Source of the DNA: Clostridia bacterium
GTDB taxonomy: Bacteria > Bacillota > Clostridia > Christensenellales > CAG-1252
Direction of reading: 5' to 3'
NCBI GenBank assembly: GCA_017444385.1
Contig: JAFSWQ010000008.1
Coordinates: 71,685-135,684 of the forward strand
Length of the DNA: 64,000 nt
The position numbers and the translations under genes were made by a program. The notes under the pieces were generated by a model. That model was not told the DNA's origin and made no database searches. It saw nothing but the letters and a program-made list of their open reading frames with translations. How positions within the stretch are numbered: the first letter of the stretch is position 1; each line of letters starts with the position of its first letter. This document shows, in pieces, positions 34,950 through 45,620 of the stretch.

Positions 34950-37382
34950 TTAGCCTTTGCGAACCACGATACGATCGTTTTTCACTTCCACGTAAACCAC
35001 GCTATTTGAGGGTATCTCGCCGCTTATTATCTTTTCGGAAAGCTTGTCCTCAAGCATGGAAGTTACTATTCGCCTTAACGGTCTCGCGCCGTACTCTATA
35101 TTGGCGCCGTACTTTATCAAAAGCTGTTTCGCCGTTCTCGAAACCTTCAAAGTTATGTTCTTTTTCGACAACTTCTCGGCTACTTCTATCAATATTATAT
35201 CACAAATTTTGGATAAATCATCCACAGTTAGAGGATGAAATGTGATAATTTCGTCAATTCTATTGATAAATTCGGGCGGTGCGACGGTTTTAAGGGTTTC
35301 GAGCTGCACGTTTTTAAGTTCTATATCGCTCCCGAAGCCCAAAGCTCGAGAAGTAAATTCTCTTGCGCCGAGGTTACTCGTCATTATTATAACGGTCTCT
35401 TTGAAACTGACCGTCCTACCGCGGCTATCGGTGAGCCTTCCGTCGTCGAGAACTTGTAATAATAGATTGTAAATATCCGGGTGGCTCTTCTCTATCTCGT
35501 CGAACAATACGACCGAATAGGGATTACGCCTAACCTTCTCGGTCAATATCCCCGCTTCGTCAAAACCGACGTAACCCGGCGAGCCGCCTATTAAGCGGGA
35601 TAGCGAGGTCTTATCCTGATACTCGCTCATATCGAAGCGTAAAAGTTTGCTTTCGTCGCCGAACAACGCTTGCGCCAAGGCTTTGGCAAGTTCGGTCTTA
35701 CCTACTCCGGTAGGTCCCAAAAACATAAAGCAACCGATAGGACGCTTAGGGTCTTTTAACCCCGCTCTTGCGCGGCGAACGGCGACCGACACCGCTTTGA
35801 TAGCCTCTTCCTGCCCTATTACGCGCTTCTCTAAAACGCTTTCTAGTGACATTAGTTTTGAGGTTTCCGATCTCGTCAATTTGCTGACGGGAATGCCCGT
35901 CCAAGAACAAACCACCTTCGCCACGTCTTCCGCGTTAACGACGTTGAGATCGCCTACGTTTACCTCGGTCTCGTTCAACTTGCGAGAGAGTTTTTTATAT
36001 TTATTCGATACGTCGTCAAGCCCGTCGGTCTTTCCGCTCGACTTCATTTTGGCTATTTCGGATTGAAGTGATCGCATTTCCGCTTTTAATTCTTCAATCT
36101 CGTCGTTTGAGTTGCCTTTTAGTTTTTTAAGCGAGCAAGCCTCGTCGATGAGGTCTATCGCTTTGTCGGGCAGGAATCTATCCTGAATATATTGATCGGA
36201 TAAGATAACCGCCGAAGATATCGCTTCGTCGCTTATCTTCACTTTATGGAATTCTTCGTATTTAGCGCGTATGCCCTTCAATATGGATATCGAATTTTCC
36301 ACGTCGGGCGCTTCCACCGTGACGGGCTGAAAACGACGATCCAAAGCGGGATCTTTTTTGACATATTTATTGTATTCGTCTTGGGTAGTCGCGCCGATGG
36401 TGAGAAGTTCACCTCTCGCTAAAAGGGGTTTTAAGATATTCGACATATCCATAGCGCCGCCTTCGGTGCTTCCCGCTTGTACCATCGTGTGAATTTCGTC
36501 GATAAACAAAACTATATTACCGTCGCTTTGTATCTTCTTAACCAAATTTTTAAGGCGTTCTTCAAAGTCGCCTCTATACTTCGTACCGGCAAGAAGTCCC
36601 GCCACGTCGAGCGAAAAAATACGCTTGTTTTTAAGCCCGTCGGGGACGGATCCGTTCACTATCGCGATGGCAAGCCCCTCAACGATAGCGGTCTTACCTA
36701 CGCCCGCTTCGCCTATTAAAATGGGGTTGTTTTTGGTGCGACGGCATAGAATTTGCACGGCGCGCTCTATTTCTTTATCTCTACCTATAACGGGATCTAT
36801 CTTACCTTTTCTCGCCTTTTCGGTAAGATCTACGCCTAACGACGCGATATCGTCGTCAAGAGGATCATATTCATGATCTACTTCGCTCTTATCGGCAACT
36901 TTCGTCTCGACGGATAAAGGTTTAACCGAAGAAACGCTCGGCTTAATAGGTCTTACTACTTTTTTACCGTTCGTTGTATTTAACTTTTCGAGCAATTCGT
37001 CGTATAGGGAATCGGGCTCTATACCCACCTCTTCAATAATCTCTCTCGCGGTGGTTTGGCTATTCAATATCGCCAAAAAGACGTAAAGCAAAGTGGCGAG
37101 GTCGGAGCCGAAACAAGCGCTGTAATACAACGCTTCGTCGAGTATCGCCTCGGTGGTTTGCGAAATATCTATCTTCTCTTTCCTACCCTCGTATGAAACG
37201 TTTTTCAACACTTTATATTCGGTAAGACCGTAACGATTAAGAAGTATTTGGACGTTATTGCGGAATTGAATAATACCCGCAAGCAAATGCTCGGGGGATA
37301 GGTCGCTGCCCGCTTTTTGAGCGATATCGGCGGCGTTTTTAAGAGCCATTCTCGTAGTAAGGTCAAACCTCTTCAAGTCCAT
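34950..37382 (-). CDS. clpC: ATP-dependent Clp protease ATP-binding subunit (ClpC-type)
   Basis: Clp_N region and two AAA+ modules ([18 protein letters not shown]). I prefer the start MDLKRF (ATG 37382), which avoids overlap with the upstream gene, over 37421. Confidence 0.85.
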   Translation of the reverse strand: MDLKRFDLTTRMALKNAADIAQKAGSDLSPEHLLAGIIQFRNNVQILLNRYGLTEYKVLKNVSYEGRKEKIDISQTTEAILDEALYYSACFGSDLATLLYVFLAILNSQTTAREIIEEVGIEPDSLYDELLEKLNTTNGKKVVRPIKPSVSSVKPLSVETKVADKSEVDHEYDPLDDDIASLGVDLTEKARKGKIDPVIGRDKEIERAVQILCRRTKNNPILIGEAGVGKTAIVEGLAIAIVNGSVPDGLKNKRIFSLDVAGLLAGTKYRGDFEERLKNLVKKIQSDGNIVLFIDEIHTMVQAGSTEGGAMDMSNILKPLLARGELLTIGATTQDEYNKYVKKDPALDRRFQPVTVEAPDVENSISILKGIRAKYEEFHKVKISDEAISSAVILSDQYIQDRFLPDKAIDLIDEACSLKKLKGNSNDEIEELKAEMRSLQSEIAKMKSSGKTDGLDDVSNKYKKLSRKLNETEVNVGDLNVVNAEDVAKVVCSWTGIPVSKLTRSETSKLMSLESVLEKRVIGQEEAIKAVSVAVRRARAGLKDPKRPIGCFMFLGPTGVGKTELAKALAQALFGDESKLLRFDMSEYQDKTSLSRLIGGSPGYVGFDEAGILTEKVRRNPYSVVLFDEIEKSHPDIYNLLLQVLDDGRLTDSRGRTVSFKETVIIMTSNLGAREFTSRALGFGSDIELKNVQLETLKTVAPPEFINRIDEIITFHPLTVDDLSKICDIILIEVAEKLSKKNITLKVSRTAKQLLIKYGANIEYGARPLRRIVTSMLEDKLSEKIISGEIPSNSVVYVEVKNDRIVVRKG

Positions 37383-37386
37383 ATAA

Positions 37387-38175
37387 TCAAAATCCGCAAA
37401 GTTTTTTGAAGGTATCGGCATAGCCTCGAGGGTTGCCGGTATCGTAACGCACGCCGTCGAAAAGATAGGCGTAAACGTCCTTATCGCGCGATAACAAAGC
37501 GAGAGCGTCGGTTAGGTAATACTCGCCTTTGCGTAACTCGACCTTGTTAATATATTCGAAGATATCCTTATTCAAAACGTACCTTCCGAACGAAGTAAGG
37601 TCGCTCTTTATTTTGTCGGGATCCATTTTCTCGTTCAACTCGTCCACTTTGCCGTACGAGCCGTTGAAATCCTTGCTGACGACCGTAGAGTACAGAGCGG
37701 CAAGTTCGGGCGGCTGGCGTTGAACGACGAGCACCGACGCGTCCGACATCTTTTTTGACAACGCGGCGAGCTGCGCTAAACAAGGGGTGTCGCTTTCAGT
37801 TATATCGTCGCCGTACATAAGCCCGAAAGGAAGCCCCTCGCAAAACTTCTCGGCAAGGCGAACTGCGTCGCCGGTACCTTTGGGTTCGTCTTGATAGACG
37901 TAAGCCGCTTGAACGCCCTCTCTACCCTGTAACGGATAGAATTTGCCGCTTATATTATAATCCTCGGGCACGACCTCGGAAAAATACAAAGGAATCGATT
38001 TCTTATCGGAATTGATAATAAAAAGGATCTTCCTCACGCCCGAAGCGACCGCTTCGTCAACGATAAAGTCGAGAACGGGGCGAGTCCCCAAAGGCAACAA
38101 CTCCTTCGCAATTATCTTGGTGATGGGGTTCATTCTGCTACCTTTGCCCGCAACGCAAATGACCGCTCTATCCAT
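37387..38175 (-). CDS. Sugar-1-phosphate nucleotidyltransferase (UTP-glucose-1-phosphate uridylyltransferase-like)
   Basis: 262 aa. N-terminal VAGKGSRMNPITKIIAKELLPL nucleotide-binding motif. Confidence 0.65.
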   Translation of the reverse strand: MDRAVICVAGKGSRMNPITKIIAKELLPLGTRPVLDFIVDEAVASGVRKILFIINSDKKSIPLYFSEVVPEDYNISGKFYPLQGREGVQAAYVYQDEPKGTGDAVRLAEKFCEGLPFGLMYGDDITESDTPCLAQLAALSKKMSDASVLVVQRQPPELAALYSTVVSKDFNGSYGKVDELNEKMDPDKIKSDLTSFGRYVLNKDIFEYINKVELRKGEYYLTDALALLSRDKDVYAYLFDGVRYDTGNPRGYADTFKKLCGF

Positions 38176-38307
38176 TTACTTTCCTCCGATAATATTTTAG
38201 TACTTTTATTATATGATATTTTGCCGTTTTTTGCAATATCGAAAGTTAATTTTTGTGTATCTTCAACTGTAAAATTTGTATATATTAAATTTATTTATCG
38301 GAATATA

Positions 38308-38341
38308 TGAAAATACGGCGTTAAGATTGACTTAACGCCGT
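38308..38341 (-). terminator. Rho-independent terminator after rpsU
   Basis: 11-bp stem ACGGCGTTAAG/CTTAACGCCGT followed on the - strand by ATTTTCA. Confidence 0.7.
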
Positions 38342-38356
38342 ACTTTAATACAATAA

Positions 38357-38548
38357 TTAGTCGCGAGAGTTCTTTCTCTTACGAGCGTTTTCCGCTTTCT
38401 TCTTGCGTGCAACGCTGGGCTTTTCATATTGGTCCTTGCGCTTGATATCGCCGATTATACCCTCTTTGGTACAAGAACGTTTGAAACGTTTGATCGCGCT
38501 ATCCAAACTTTCGTTTTCACGAACCTTGATATATGCCATGGAATTCAC
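38357..38548 (-). CDS. rpsU: 30S ribosomal protein S21
   Basis: 63 aa. VRENESLDSAIKRFKRSC...KPSVARKKK. Confidence 0.9.
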   Translation of the reverse strand: MNSMAYIKVRENESLDSAIKRFKRSCTKEGIIGDIKRKDQYEKPSVARKKKAENARKRKNSRD

Positions 38549-38624
38549 CTCGCTTTTTGTACAGTTTACTATAATAATATAATCGAATATTTTCTAATTG
38601 TCAACGAAAATACGCTACTTTTTT

Positions 38625-38959
38625 TTAATTGATATGCTCGGGCAGTTGTTCACCGCCTAAAATATGGATATGAAGATGCTCTACCGATTGGCAAGCGTCT
38701 TTTCCTTTATTGCTGATAAGACGGAAACCGCCTTGTAGCCCAAACTCGTCGGTTAAGGTCGCGAGAGTTCTGAACGCTTTAGCCATTATCAAAGATTGCT
38801 CTTCGGTCATCTCGCAAATATTGACGAAATGCTGTTTGGGTATCATAAGCAAATATATCTTCGCTTCGGGATGATATCCTTTATTATGACGATATCCTCG
38901 TCTTCATACGTTTTCGTCGAAGTGATCTCGGCGCTTATTATCTTACAAAATACGCACAT
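38625..38959 (-). pseudogene. HIT-family protein gene interrupted by a 1-nt frameshift near 38873-38875
   Basis: N-terminal part MCVFCKIISAEITSTKTYEDEDIVIIKDI (ATG 38959, AAGGAGG RBS) stops after 38 codons. The other frame continues HPEAKIYLLMIPKQHF...HLHIHILGG (histidine triad). Confidence 0.7.
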
Positions 38960-39012
38960 ATTATCCTCCTTTGAGTAATACTCATTTGCGGCAAATCTAA
39001 CCGCAATTCTTT

Positions 39013-40269
39013 TTATCTTAAATAGGCGGGATTTTCCACACCTCTCACGCCGTCCGAATAAAGGTCTTCCGCCTTGACGTAATACTTCTTTCCAAGCCTT
39101 ACTTCGCCTTGAGCGGTGAAGTAAACGCGCACGTAGTTTTCCGAATACCCTTGCGCGTAAGATCCGTCCTTATACTCGGCGACTACTTCGAGCGTCTTAC
39201 CAAGTTGGTTTTGGACGAACTCTCTCTTCATATCCCTCTTCAACACCAAAAGATCGGCTTTTCTCGCTTCAACTACCGAATCCTCGACGAGTTTCATATT
39301 CGAAGCCTTAGTGCCTTGCCTTCTCGAATACGGGAAAACGTGGATATCCGCAAAATTCACGCGGCGCACCAAGCGCTTTGTATTGCCGAAAGCCTCGTCG
39401 GTTTCGGTGGGGAAACCTACGATAATATCGGTGGTTATAGCCGCTTCGGGGAAATACTGCCTTATAAGGTCGCATTTAGCGATAAACTCGTCGCGGGTGT
39501 AATGACGGTTCATCGACTTCAAAACCTCGTCGTCCCCGCTTTGCAACGAGAGATGGAAATGGGGGCAGAAATTCCCCGCTTCTTTTATCGCCGTGAGGAA
39601 CACGTCGTCTATTATCCCAACTTCGAGCGAACTGAACCTGAACCGAGCGTTTACGGTGGCGAGAGTCACTACGAGATCGGTAAGCGTGATACCGAGATCC
39701 ACCCCGTAAGCCGATGTATTTATGCCGGTAAGTACTATTTCCGACGTCGCTTCGCTCTTTTGAACGCACTCGTTATATATATCGTCCGGCTCTCTCGAAC
39801 GGGCCCGACCTCTCAAATAAGGCACTATACAATACGTACAGAAATTATTACAGCCGTCCTGTATTTTGACGAAAGAGCGGGTGAGCATATTTTCCGAGTA
39901 GCACATATTTTCGTATTGGGTCGGCAATTCTCTAATTGCCTTTCCTTCGGGAAATTGAGCGACGAGGCTCTTCATAGCGTTACCCGAAATATAGGTTACC
40001 CCTTTGCCGTCGAATTGGTCGGGATTCTTCTCGGAAGCGCAACCGATAACGTAGATCTTCGCTTTGGCGTTGTACTTACGCACCCTCGCTACGCATTGAC
40101 GCGACTTCTTCTCGGCTTCTTGAGTGACCGCGCAAGTGTTTATTATGTATGCGTCCGCTTTCTCGAATTCATTGGTAACGGTATGCCCCAAGTTTTTCAG
40201 CTTTGCGGCAATACTCTCGCTTTCGCAAGTATTTACTTTACATCCTAACGTGATTATGGAAATTTTCAT
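39013..40269 (-). CDS. mtaB: tRNA threonylcarbamoyladenosine methylthiotransferase MtaB
   Basis: MTTase N-terminus LGCKVN, radical SAM CNNFCTYCIVPYLRG. Conserved position after rsmE. Confidence 0.8.
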   Translation of the reverse strand: MKISIITLGCKVNTCESESIAAKLKNLGHTVTNEFEKADAYIINTCAVTQEAEKKSRQCVARVRKYNAKAKIYVIGCASEKNPDQFDGKGVTYISGNAMKSLVAQFPEGKAIRELPTQYENMCYSENMLTRSFVKIQDGCNNFCTYCIVPYLRGRARSREPDDIYNECVQKSEATSEIVLTGINTSAYGVDLGITLTDLVVTLATVNARFRFSSLEVGIIDDVFLTAIKEAGNFCPHFHLSLQSGDDEVLKSMNRHYTRDEFIAKCDLIRQYFPEAAITTDIIVGFPTETDEAFGNTKRLVRRVNFADIHVFPYSRRQGTKASNMKLVEDSVVEARKADLLVLKRDMKREFVQNQLGKTLEVVAEYKDGSYAQGYSENYVRVYFTAQGEVRLGKKYYVKAEDLYSDGVRGVENPAYLR

Positions 40270-40979
40270 TATTCCTCCGTAAATATCGCCAACGCCGACG
40301 TAGCGGCGATAACGGCTGTTTCGCTCTTCAATATTCTCTTACCGAGCGAAAAGGTTTTGAAACCTTTGCTCTTTGCGTAATCGACTTCTTCTTGACTAAA
40401 TCCGCCTTCCGAGCCGATTAGCAAGGATACTTTTTTAGATAATGACGAAAACGCCTCTTTCGCTTTAACGACGGTTTCCTTTTCGTAAGCCATCAATTTA
40501 TCACCGGAAGCCTCGTCGACGCATTCTTTGAATGGTTTAACTTCGCAAATTTCGGGGACTATCGCCCTACTGCATTGCTTACACGCCTCTATGATTATCC
40601 GCTCGGCTCTATCCTTTTTAAAGGTCTTTTCAGAGGTGAATTCGGTTATAACGGGCACTATTTTCTTAACGCCTATCTCTACCGCTTTTTGCACCGCGAC
40701 GTCCATTCTTTCGGGTTTAATAAGCCCTAAATAAAGGGTTATTTCGGTTGAAAGTTCGCGTTCGTTAAAGGTTTTTTCGGTTATTTTGCATTCGACTTCC
40801 TTATCGCCTATACGCGTTATCTCGCAAAAATAATCGTAGCCGTCTCCCGAACAGACTATCAGCTTATACCCAGTTTTATAGCGCATAACCTTGGTGACGT
40901 GGTAAAACTCGTCTCCGGTTATTATCGCCCTATCGCCCGTAATATTTTCCGCTTTGACGTAAAACCTTCTTATATCCAT
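40269..40979 (-). CDS. rsmE: 16S rRNA (uracil1498-N3)-methyltransferase
   Basis: 236 aa. RFYV start, PUA-like plus SPOUT domain, GSEGGFS motif. Confidence 0.85.
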   Translation of the reverse strand: MDIRRFYVKAENITGDRAIITGDEFYHVTKVMRYKTGYKLIVCSGDGYDYFCEITRIGDKEVECKITEKTFNERELSTEITLYLGLIKPERMDVAVQKAVEIGVKKIVPVITEFTSEKTFKKDRAERIIIEACKQCSRAIVPEICEVKPFKECVDEASGDKLMAYEKETVVKAKEAFSSLSKKVSLLIGSEGGFSQEEVDYAKSKGFKTFSLGKRILKSETAVIAATSALAIFTEE

Positions 40980-41893
40980 TATCTAACGAAAGCATAGGCG
41001 CGCCATTCGCCGTCTTCAAGCTGATCTTTCAGCTTATATCCGAAAGAAAAATACTTTTCCAATACCTCTTCCGCCCTCTCTTTAATAACGCCGCTTATTA
41101 TCACGACCGCGTTTTCATTTAGTCTTTCGGCTATGGTGGGCGCAAGTTTCATAAGGATATCCGCGGTTATATTCGCGCATAAAACGTCCACTTTATCGTG
41201 AAATCCGTCAAGTAAAGAAGCGGTTTTAACCGAATACGTCTTCTCGTCGAATTCGTTTAAAAGTAAATTGACGTGCAGATTTTCTATCGCTTGCGGATCG
41301 AGATCGCAAAAATACGCTCTTCTCGCGCCGAGTTTTAATGCCGCCATTCCGAGAATGCCCGAACCGCAACCTACGTCCGCCACGTACTTACCTTCGAGTT
41401 TTTCTTTGGTCAAAAGCGTTAAGCACATTTTCGTACTTTGATGTTCGCCCGTACCGAAAGCCGCGCCGGGTTCTATGCGAACGTAAGGCTTATCGCCCTC
41501 GGGGGATATCCAAGAGGGGAACACCGAAACCTTTTCGAGTTCGATGGGTTTATAGTAGCGTTTCCAAACCGAAAGCCAGTCCACGTCCTCTATTTTTTCG
41601 GTGGTCATATCCAAACTACCTACGTCGCAGGGCATTTCCTTTTTCACCAATTCGAGTTTTTGCGATAAAAAAGAGAAAAGTTCCCCCGAAACGTCGTCGA
41701 AGAAACCTTCTACCGTTACCTCACCTTGCTTGTCCTTCTCGTCGAGATAATCCCAAACTGCGCCGTTTAGGTCTATCTCGTCGAAATCGGACGGATCGTT
41801 AACGCTTATACCCGTCGCGCCGCCTTCGAGAAGAATATCGCTTATCAACTCGTTGGCGTCGTGAGTGGTGGTGATGGTTATTTTATAACTCAT
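40979..41893 (-). CDS. prmA: Ribosomal protein L11 methyltransferase
   Basis: 304 aa. FGTGEHQST and DVGCGSGILG SAM motif. Confidence 0.85.
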   Translation of the reverse strand: MSYKITITTTHDANELISDILLEGGATGISVNDPSDFDEIDLNGAVWDYLDEKDKQGEVTVEGFFDDVSGELFSFLSQKLELVKKEMPCDVGSLDMTTEKIEDVDWLSVWKRYYKPIELEKVSVFPSWISPEGDKPYVRIEPGAAFGTGEHQSTKMCLTLLTKEKLEGKYVADVGCGSGILGMAALKLGARRAYFCDLDPQAIENLHVNLLLNEFDEKTYSVKTASLLDGFHDKVDVLCANITADILMKLAPTIAERLNENAVVIISGVIKERAEEVLEKYFSFGYKLKDQLEDGEWRAYAFVR

Positions 41894-41895
41894 AA

Positions 41896-43029
41896 TTATT
41901 CCTTTGCGCTATCGTAGAATTTTCTTATGCTTTCCTGTTGCCCCGATGAAATGGATTGAGCGAAAGTTGAAAGAGATTCTTTTTGCGCTTTCGTGAGCTT
42001 GGTGGGCGTAACGACTTTAACGGTTACGTAAAGGTCGCCGTAAACCTCTTTACGAATGTACTTCATACCTTTGCCCTTGATCTTGAACACCTGACCTGTT
42101 TGCGTGCCTTCGGGTATCTTGTATTTATAAGGTCCGTAAGGGGTGGGAACGTCTACTTCTCCGCCTAAAGTGGCTATCGCGAAAGGTATGGGCATTTCGA
42201 TATAAAGATCGTTTTCTCGGCGGTTATACAAGGGGTGCGACCTTACGGTGACTTCCACTTGGATATCGCCCGAAGGACCGCCGTTTTCGCCCGCGTTGCC
42301 TTGACCGCGATAGATCATAGTTCTACCGTCCGACATTCCCGCGATGATATCGCAACTCAATACGCGTTGTTTGAGAATGAATCCCGTACCCGAACAATCC
42401 TTACATACGTCGGTTATTATCTTGCCTTTACCCTTACAGTCGGGACAAACGGACTCGGTGACTATCTGCCCGAATAAAGAGTTTTGTTTTACTCTCACAG
42501 TACCCGTACCGCCGCAACGCGAACAGTTTTTGGCAACCGAGCCTTTTTTCGCACCGCTGCCGCCGCAAGTGGAACAGGTTTCTCTTCTTTTATAGTTAAG
42601 ATCTTTATGAACGCCCCTAACCGACTCGAAGAAGGAAATCGCGACTCTTAATAGAATATCGTCGCCTCGCCTCGGCGCGTTGGGATTAGCCGTTCTTCTA
42701 CCGCCGAAACTCGAAAAGATATTGCTGAAAATATCGCCGAATCCGTCGAATCCGGAAAATCCGCCGCCCGCTCCGCCTGTGAATTGAGGACCGTCCTCGC
42801 TGCCGTATTGATCGTACGCCGCCCTCTTTTGCGGATCGGTAAGCACTTGATAAGCGTGGTTGATCTCTTTGAACTTCTCTTCAGCCGCCTTCTTTTCGGC
42901 TTCGGACTTGGTGGAATAGAGGTCGGGGTGGTACTTCTTAGCGAGCGAACGATACGCCGCTTTGATTTCTTCGTCTTTCGCGTCTTTAGATACGCCTAAG
43001 ATCTCGTAATAATTGCTTGCCATAGTCAT
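41896..43029 (-). CDS. dnaJ: Molecular chaperone DnaJ
   Basis: J domain with HPD, Gly/Phe region, four CxxCxG zinc-finger repeats. The ATG at 43023 has better RBS spacing and may be the real start. Confidence 0.9.
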   Translation of the reverse strand: MTMASNYYEILGVSKDAKDEEIKAAYRSLAKKYHPDLYSTKSEAEKKAAEEKFKEINHAYQVLTDPQKRAAYDQYGSEDGPQFTGGAGGGFSGFDGFGDIFSNIFSSFGGRRTANPNAPRRGDDILLRVAISFFESVRGVHKDLNYKRRETCSTCGGSGAKKGSVAKNCSRCGGTGTVRVKQNSLFGQIVTESVCPDCKGKGKIITDVCKDCSGTGFILKQRVLSCDIIAGMSDGRTMIYRGQGNAGENGGPSGDIQVEVTVRSHPLYNRRENDLYIEMPIPFAIATLGGEVDVPTPYGPYKYKIPEGTQTGQVFKIKGKGMKYIRKEVYGDLYVTVKVVTPTKLTKAQKESLSTFAQSISSGQQESIRKFYDSAKE

Positions 43030-43058
43030 TCCTTTCGACGTCTATAATTACGCCGAAT

Positions 43059-43102
43059 AGGGGATCGTTCGACTTCGCTTAATCAAGGTCGAAATATCCC
43101 CT
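43059..43102. repeat. Short REP-like hairpin (locus E) in the dnaK-dnaJ spacer
   Basis: AGGGGATCGTTCGAC - 14 nt - GTCGAAATATCCCCT. 15-nt inverted arms with 2 mismatches. Confidence 0.8.
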
Positions 43103-43141
43103 TTCCGATCGCACTCGACTTATTGACGTCGGTATAATTTA

Positions 43142-44935
43142 TTATTGAATATCGGGTTCGCCTTCGGGCGCGGAGCCGCTGCCGTCGCCATCGCCTTGGG
43201 TTTGTTGATAGAGTTTGGTGAAGATGGGTTGGATTATTCCGTTGAACTTATCCATACCCGCCTTAACAGCCTCGATATCGTCCGAATTCAAGCATTCTTT
43301 CGCTTCCGCGCAAGCCTTGTTAACGGTCTCTTTCTCTTCCTCGGTCAACTTGTCGCCCGCTTCTTTTACGCTCTTTTCAGCCGCGTAAATGATTTGTTCG
43401 CTACTGTTTTTGAGATCGACGAGGTCGTGACGCTTCTTGTCTTCTTCGGCGTACTTTTCAGCCTCTTTGACCGCTTTGTCGATATCTTCTTCGGTGAGGT
43501 TGGTGCTTGCCGTAATGGTGACCGATTGAGCCTTGTTGGTGGCCTTATCGACCGCTTTAACGTTCACGATACCGTTAGAGTCGATATCGAAAGTAACTTC
43601 GATTTGAGGTACTCCGCGAGGAGCGGGGGCGATACCGTCGAGGGTAAATCTACCCAAAGTCTTGTTATCTTTCGCCATAGGTCTTTCGCCTTGCAATACG
43701 TGGATCTCAACCCCGGGTTGATTATCCGCGGCAGTCGAGAAGATTTGAGACTTACTGGTAGGAATGGTGGTGTTACGCTCGATGAGCTTGGTGAAGATGC
43801 CGCCCATGGTTTCGATACCCAAAGACAAAGGGGTTACGTCGAGAAGCAATACGTCTTTAACATCGCCCGCAAGAACGCCCGCTTGGATAGCCGCGCCGAT
43901 CGCCACGCATTCGTCGGGGTTGATGCCCTTATAAGGCTCTTTGCCGGTGAGTTTTCTTACCGCGTCCACGACTGCGGGAATACGGGTGGAACCGCCGACC
44001 AAAATTACCTTACTGATATCCGAGAAGGAAAGTCCCGCGTCAGCCATAGCCTTTCTCGTGGGTTCGAGAGTAGCGTCGACCAAACTTGCGGTAAGGGAAT
44101 CGAATTTCGCCTTGGAAATTTCCATATCGATATGGAGAGGATTACCGTCTACTTGGGTGATGTAAGGAAGACTTATCGAAGTCTTGGTTACGCCGCTCAA
44201 TTCGATTTTAGCCTTTTCGCAAGCCTCTTTGATACGTTGCATTGCGGGTTTATCGTTGTTGAGGTCGATGCCGTTTTCTTTCTTGAATTCGTCGGTAACG
44301 TACTTCATCAAAGCCGCGTCGAAGTCGTCGCCGCCCAAACGGGTGTTACCGTTGGTAGCCAAAACCTCGAATACGCCGTCGCCGATTTCAAGTATGGAAA
44401 CGTCGAACGTACCGCCGCCCAAGTCGAAGATAAGGACTTTTTGATTCTTGTTTTCCGCTTTATCCAAACCGTAAGCCAAAGCCGCCGCGGTGGGTTCGTT
44501 GATGATACGCAATACTTCCAAGCCCGCGATTTTACCCGCGTCTTTGGTCGCTTGACGTTGGCTATCCGAGAAGTAAGCGGGTACGGTGATGACCGCTTGG
44601 GTAACCTTTTGACCCAAGAAAGCCTCGGCGTCCGCCTTCAATTTGCTGAGTATCATCGCGCTGATCTCTTGCGGCGAATACTTTTTGTTGTCGATGGTTA
44701 CGGTGTAAGAGGTACCCATCTCTCTCTTGATGGACGAAATGGTTCTCAAAGGATTGGCGACCGCTTGTCTTTTGGCGATCTGACCTACTCTTCTCTCGCC
44801 GTCCTTGGTAAATCCTACTACGGAAGGGGTGGTTCTCGCGCCTTCCGCGTTTGCTATAACCGTAGCTTCGCCGCCTTCCATAACGGCTACGCACGAGTTG
44901 GTTGTTCCTAAATCGATGCCTATGATTTTTGACAT
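43142..44935 (-). CDS. dnaK: Molecular chaperone DnaK
   Basis: 597 aa. [26 protein letters not shown]. Confidence 0.95.
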   Translation of the reverse strand: MSKIIGIDLGTTNSCVAVMEGGEATVIANAEGARTTPSVVGFTKDGERRVGQIAKRQAVANPLRTISSIKREMGTSYTVTIDNKKYSPQEISAMILSKLKADAEAFLGQKVTQAVITVPAYFSDSQRQATKDAGKIAGLEVLRIINEPTAAALAYGLDKAENKNQKVLIFDLGGGTFDVSILEIGDGVFEVLATNGNTRLGGDDFDAALMKYVTDEFKKENGIDLNNDKPAMQRIKEACEKAKIELSGVTKTSISLPYITQVDGNPLHIDMEISKAKFDSLTASLVDATLEPTRKAMADAGLSFSDISKVILVGGSTRIPAVVDAVRKLTGKEPYKGINPDECVAIGAAIQAGVLAGDVKDVLLLDVTPLSLGIETMGGIFTKLIERNTTIPTSKSQIFSTAADNQPGVEIHVLQGERPMAKDNKTLGRFTLDGIAPAPRGVPQIEVTFDIDSNGIVNVKAVDKATNKAQSVTITASTNLTEEDIDKAVKEAEKYAEEDKKRHDLVDLKNSSEQIIYAAEKSVKEAGDKLTEEEKETVNKACAEAKECLNSDDIEAVKAGMDKFNGIIQPIFTKLYQQTQGDGDGSGSAPEGEPDIQ

Positions 44936-45005
44936 AATATATATCTCCTTTTGATTATTTTATATTATTCCGATATAAATATCGGTTGTTCTCATTTTGC
45001 TTACG

Positions 45006-45620
45006 CTATTCGTCCGACGCTATTTTTACCATAGCCGGTCTTAAAAGCGTATCTTTATAGATATAACCCTTTTGCAATACTTGAATTATCTTACCCGCGT
45101 TATCGGGATCGAGTTCTTTAAGCACCGCGTTATGATATTCGGGGTTGAATTCTTCGCCTAACGGATCTATCGCCTTTACGCCCAAAGTAAAGAGCGCGTT
45201 TTCGAATTGTTTGCCGATAAGCTTAAATCCCGCCGCTTGAGTTTCGTCTTTGCACATCGCAATCGCTCTGTCTATGCTGTCGAGGCAGGGGAAAAATGCG
45301 TTCAGCGCGCTATCCACGCCTTTGACTTTCGCGTTTTGTAATTCGTTTGCCGTTCTCTTACGATAGTTATCGAATTCCGCGTACAAACGCATATACTTGT
45401 CTTGCGCGTCGGCGAGTTCTTTTTGTTGCTTTTCTATTTGAGTTTGAGCTTTTACGAGTTCGGTGTCTTGAATTTCGGGTTCCGACTCTTCGCTCGCTTC
45501 GGTCGATTCGACCTCTTCGGCGAGAGATTCCTCTTCGGCGACGATTTCATCTTTTACTTCTTCGTCGTTAACTTCCAATTTTTCGCTCGTTTCGTTCTTC
45601 TTGGTTTTGCTTTTTGACAT
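45006..45620 (-). CDS. grpE: Nucleotide exchange factor GrpE
   Basis: 204 aa. Acidic N-terminus, YMRLYAEFDNYRKR motif. Confidence 0.9.
   Translation of the reverse strand: MSKSKTKKNETSEKLEVNDEEVKDEIVAEEESLAEEVESTEASEESEPEIQDTELVKAQTQIEKQQKELADAQDKYMRLYAEFDNYRKRTANELQNAKVKGVDSALNAFFPCLDSIDRAIAMCKDETQAAGFKLIGKQFENALFTLGVKAIDPLGEEFNPEYHNAVLKELDPDNAGKIIQVLQKGYIYKDTLLRPAMVKIASDE

Noticed and set aside
43145-44911. 588-aa ORF antisense to dnaK (and the 379-aa ORF at 39109-40248 antisense to mtaB)
   Set aside because: Long stop-free antisense frames are a known compositional by-product of highly conserved genes such as hsp70. The translations are Arg/Gly/Val-rich with no motifs, and the sense-strand genes are unambiguous.
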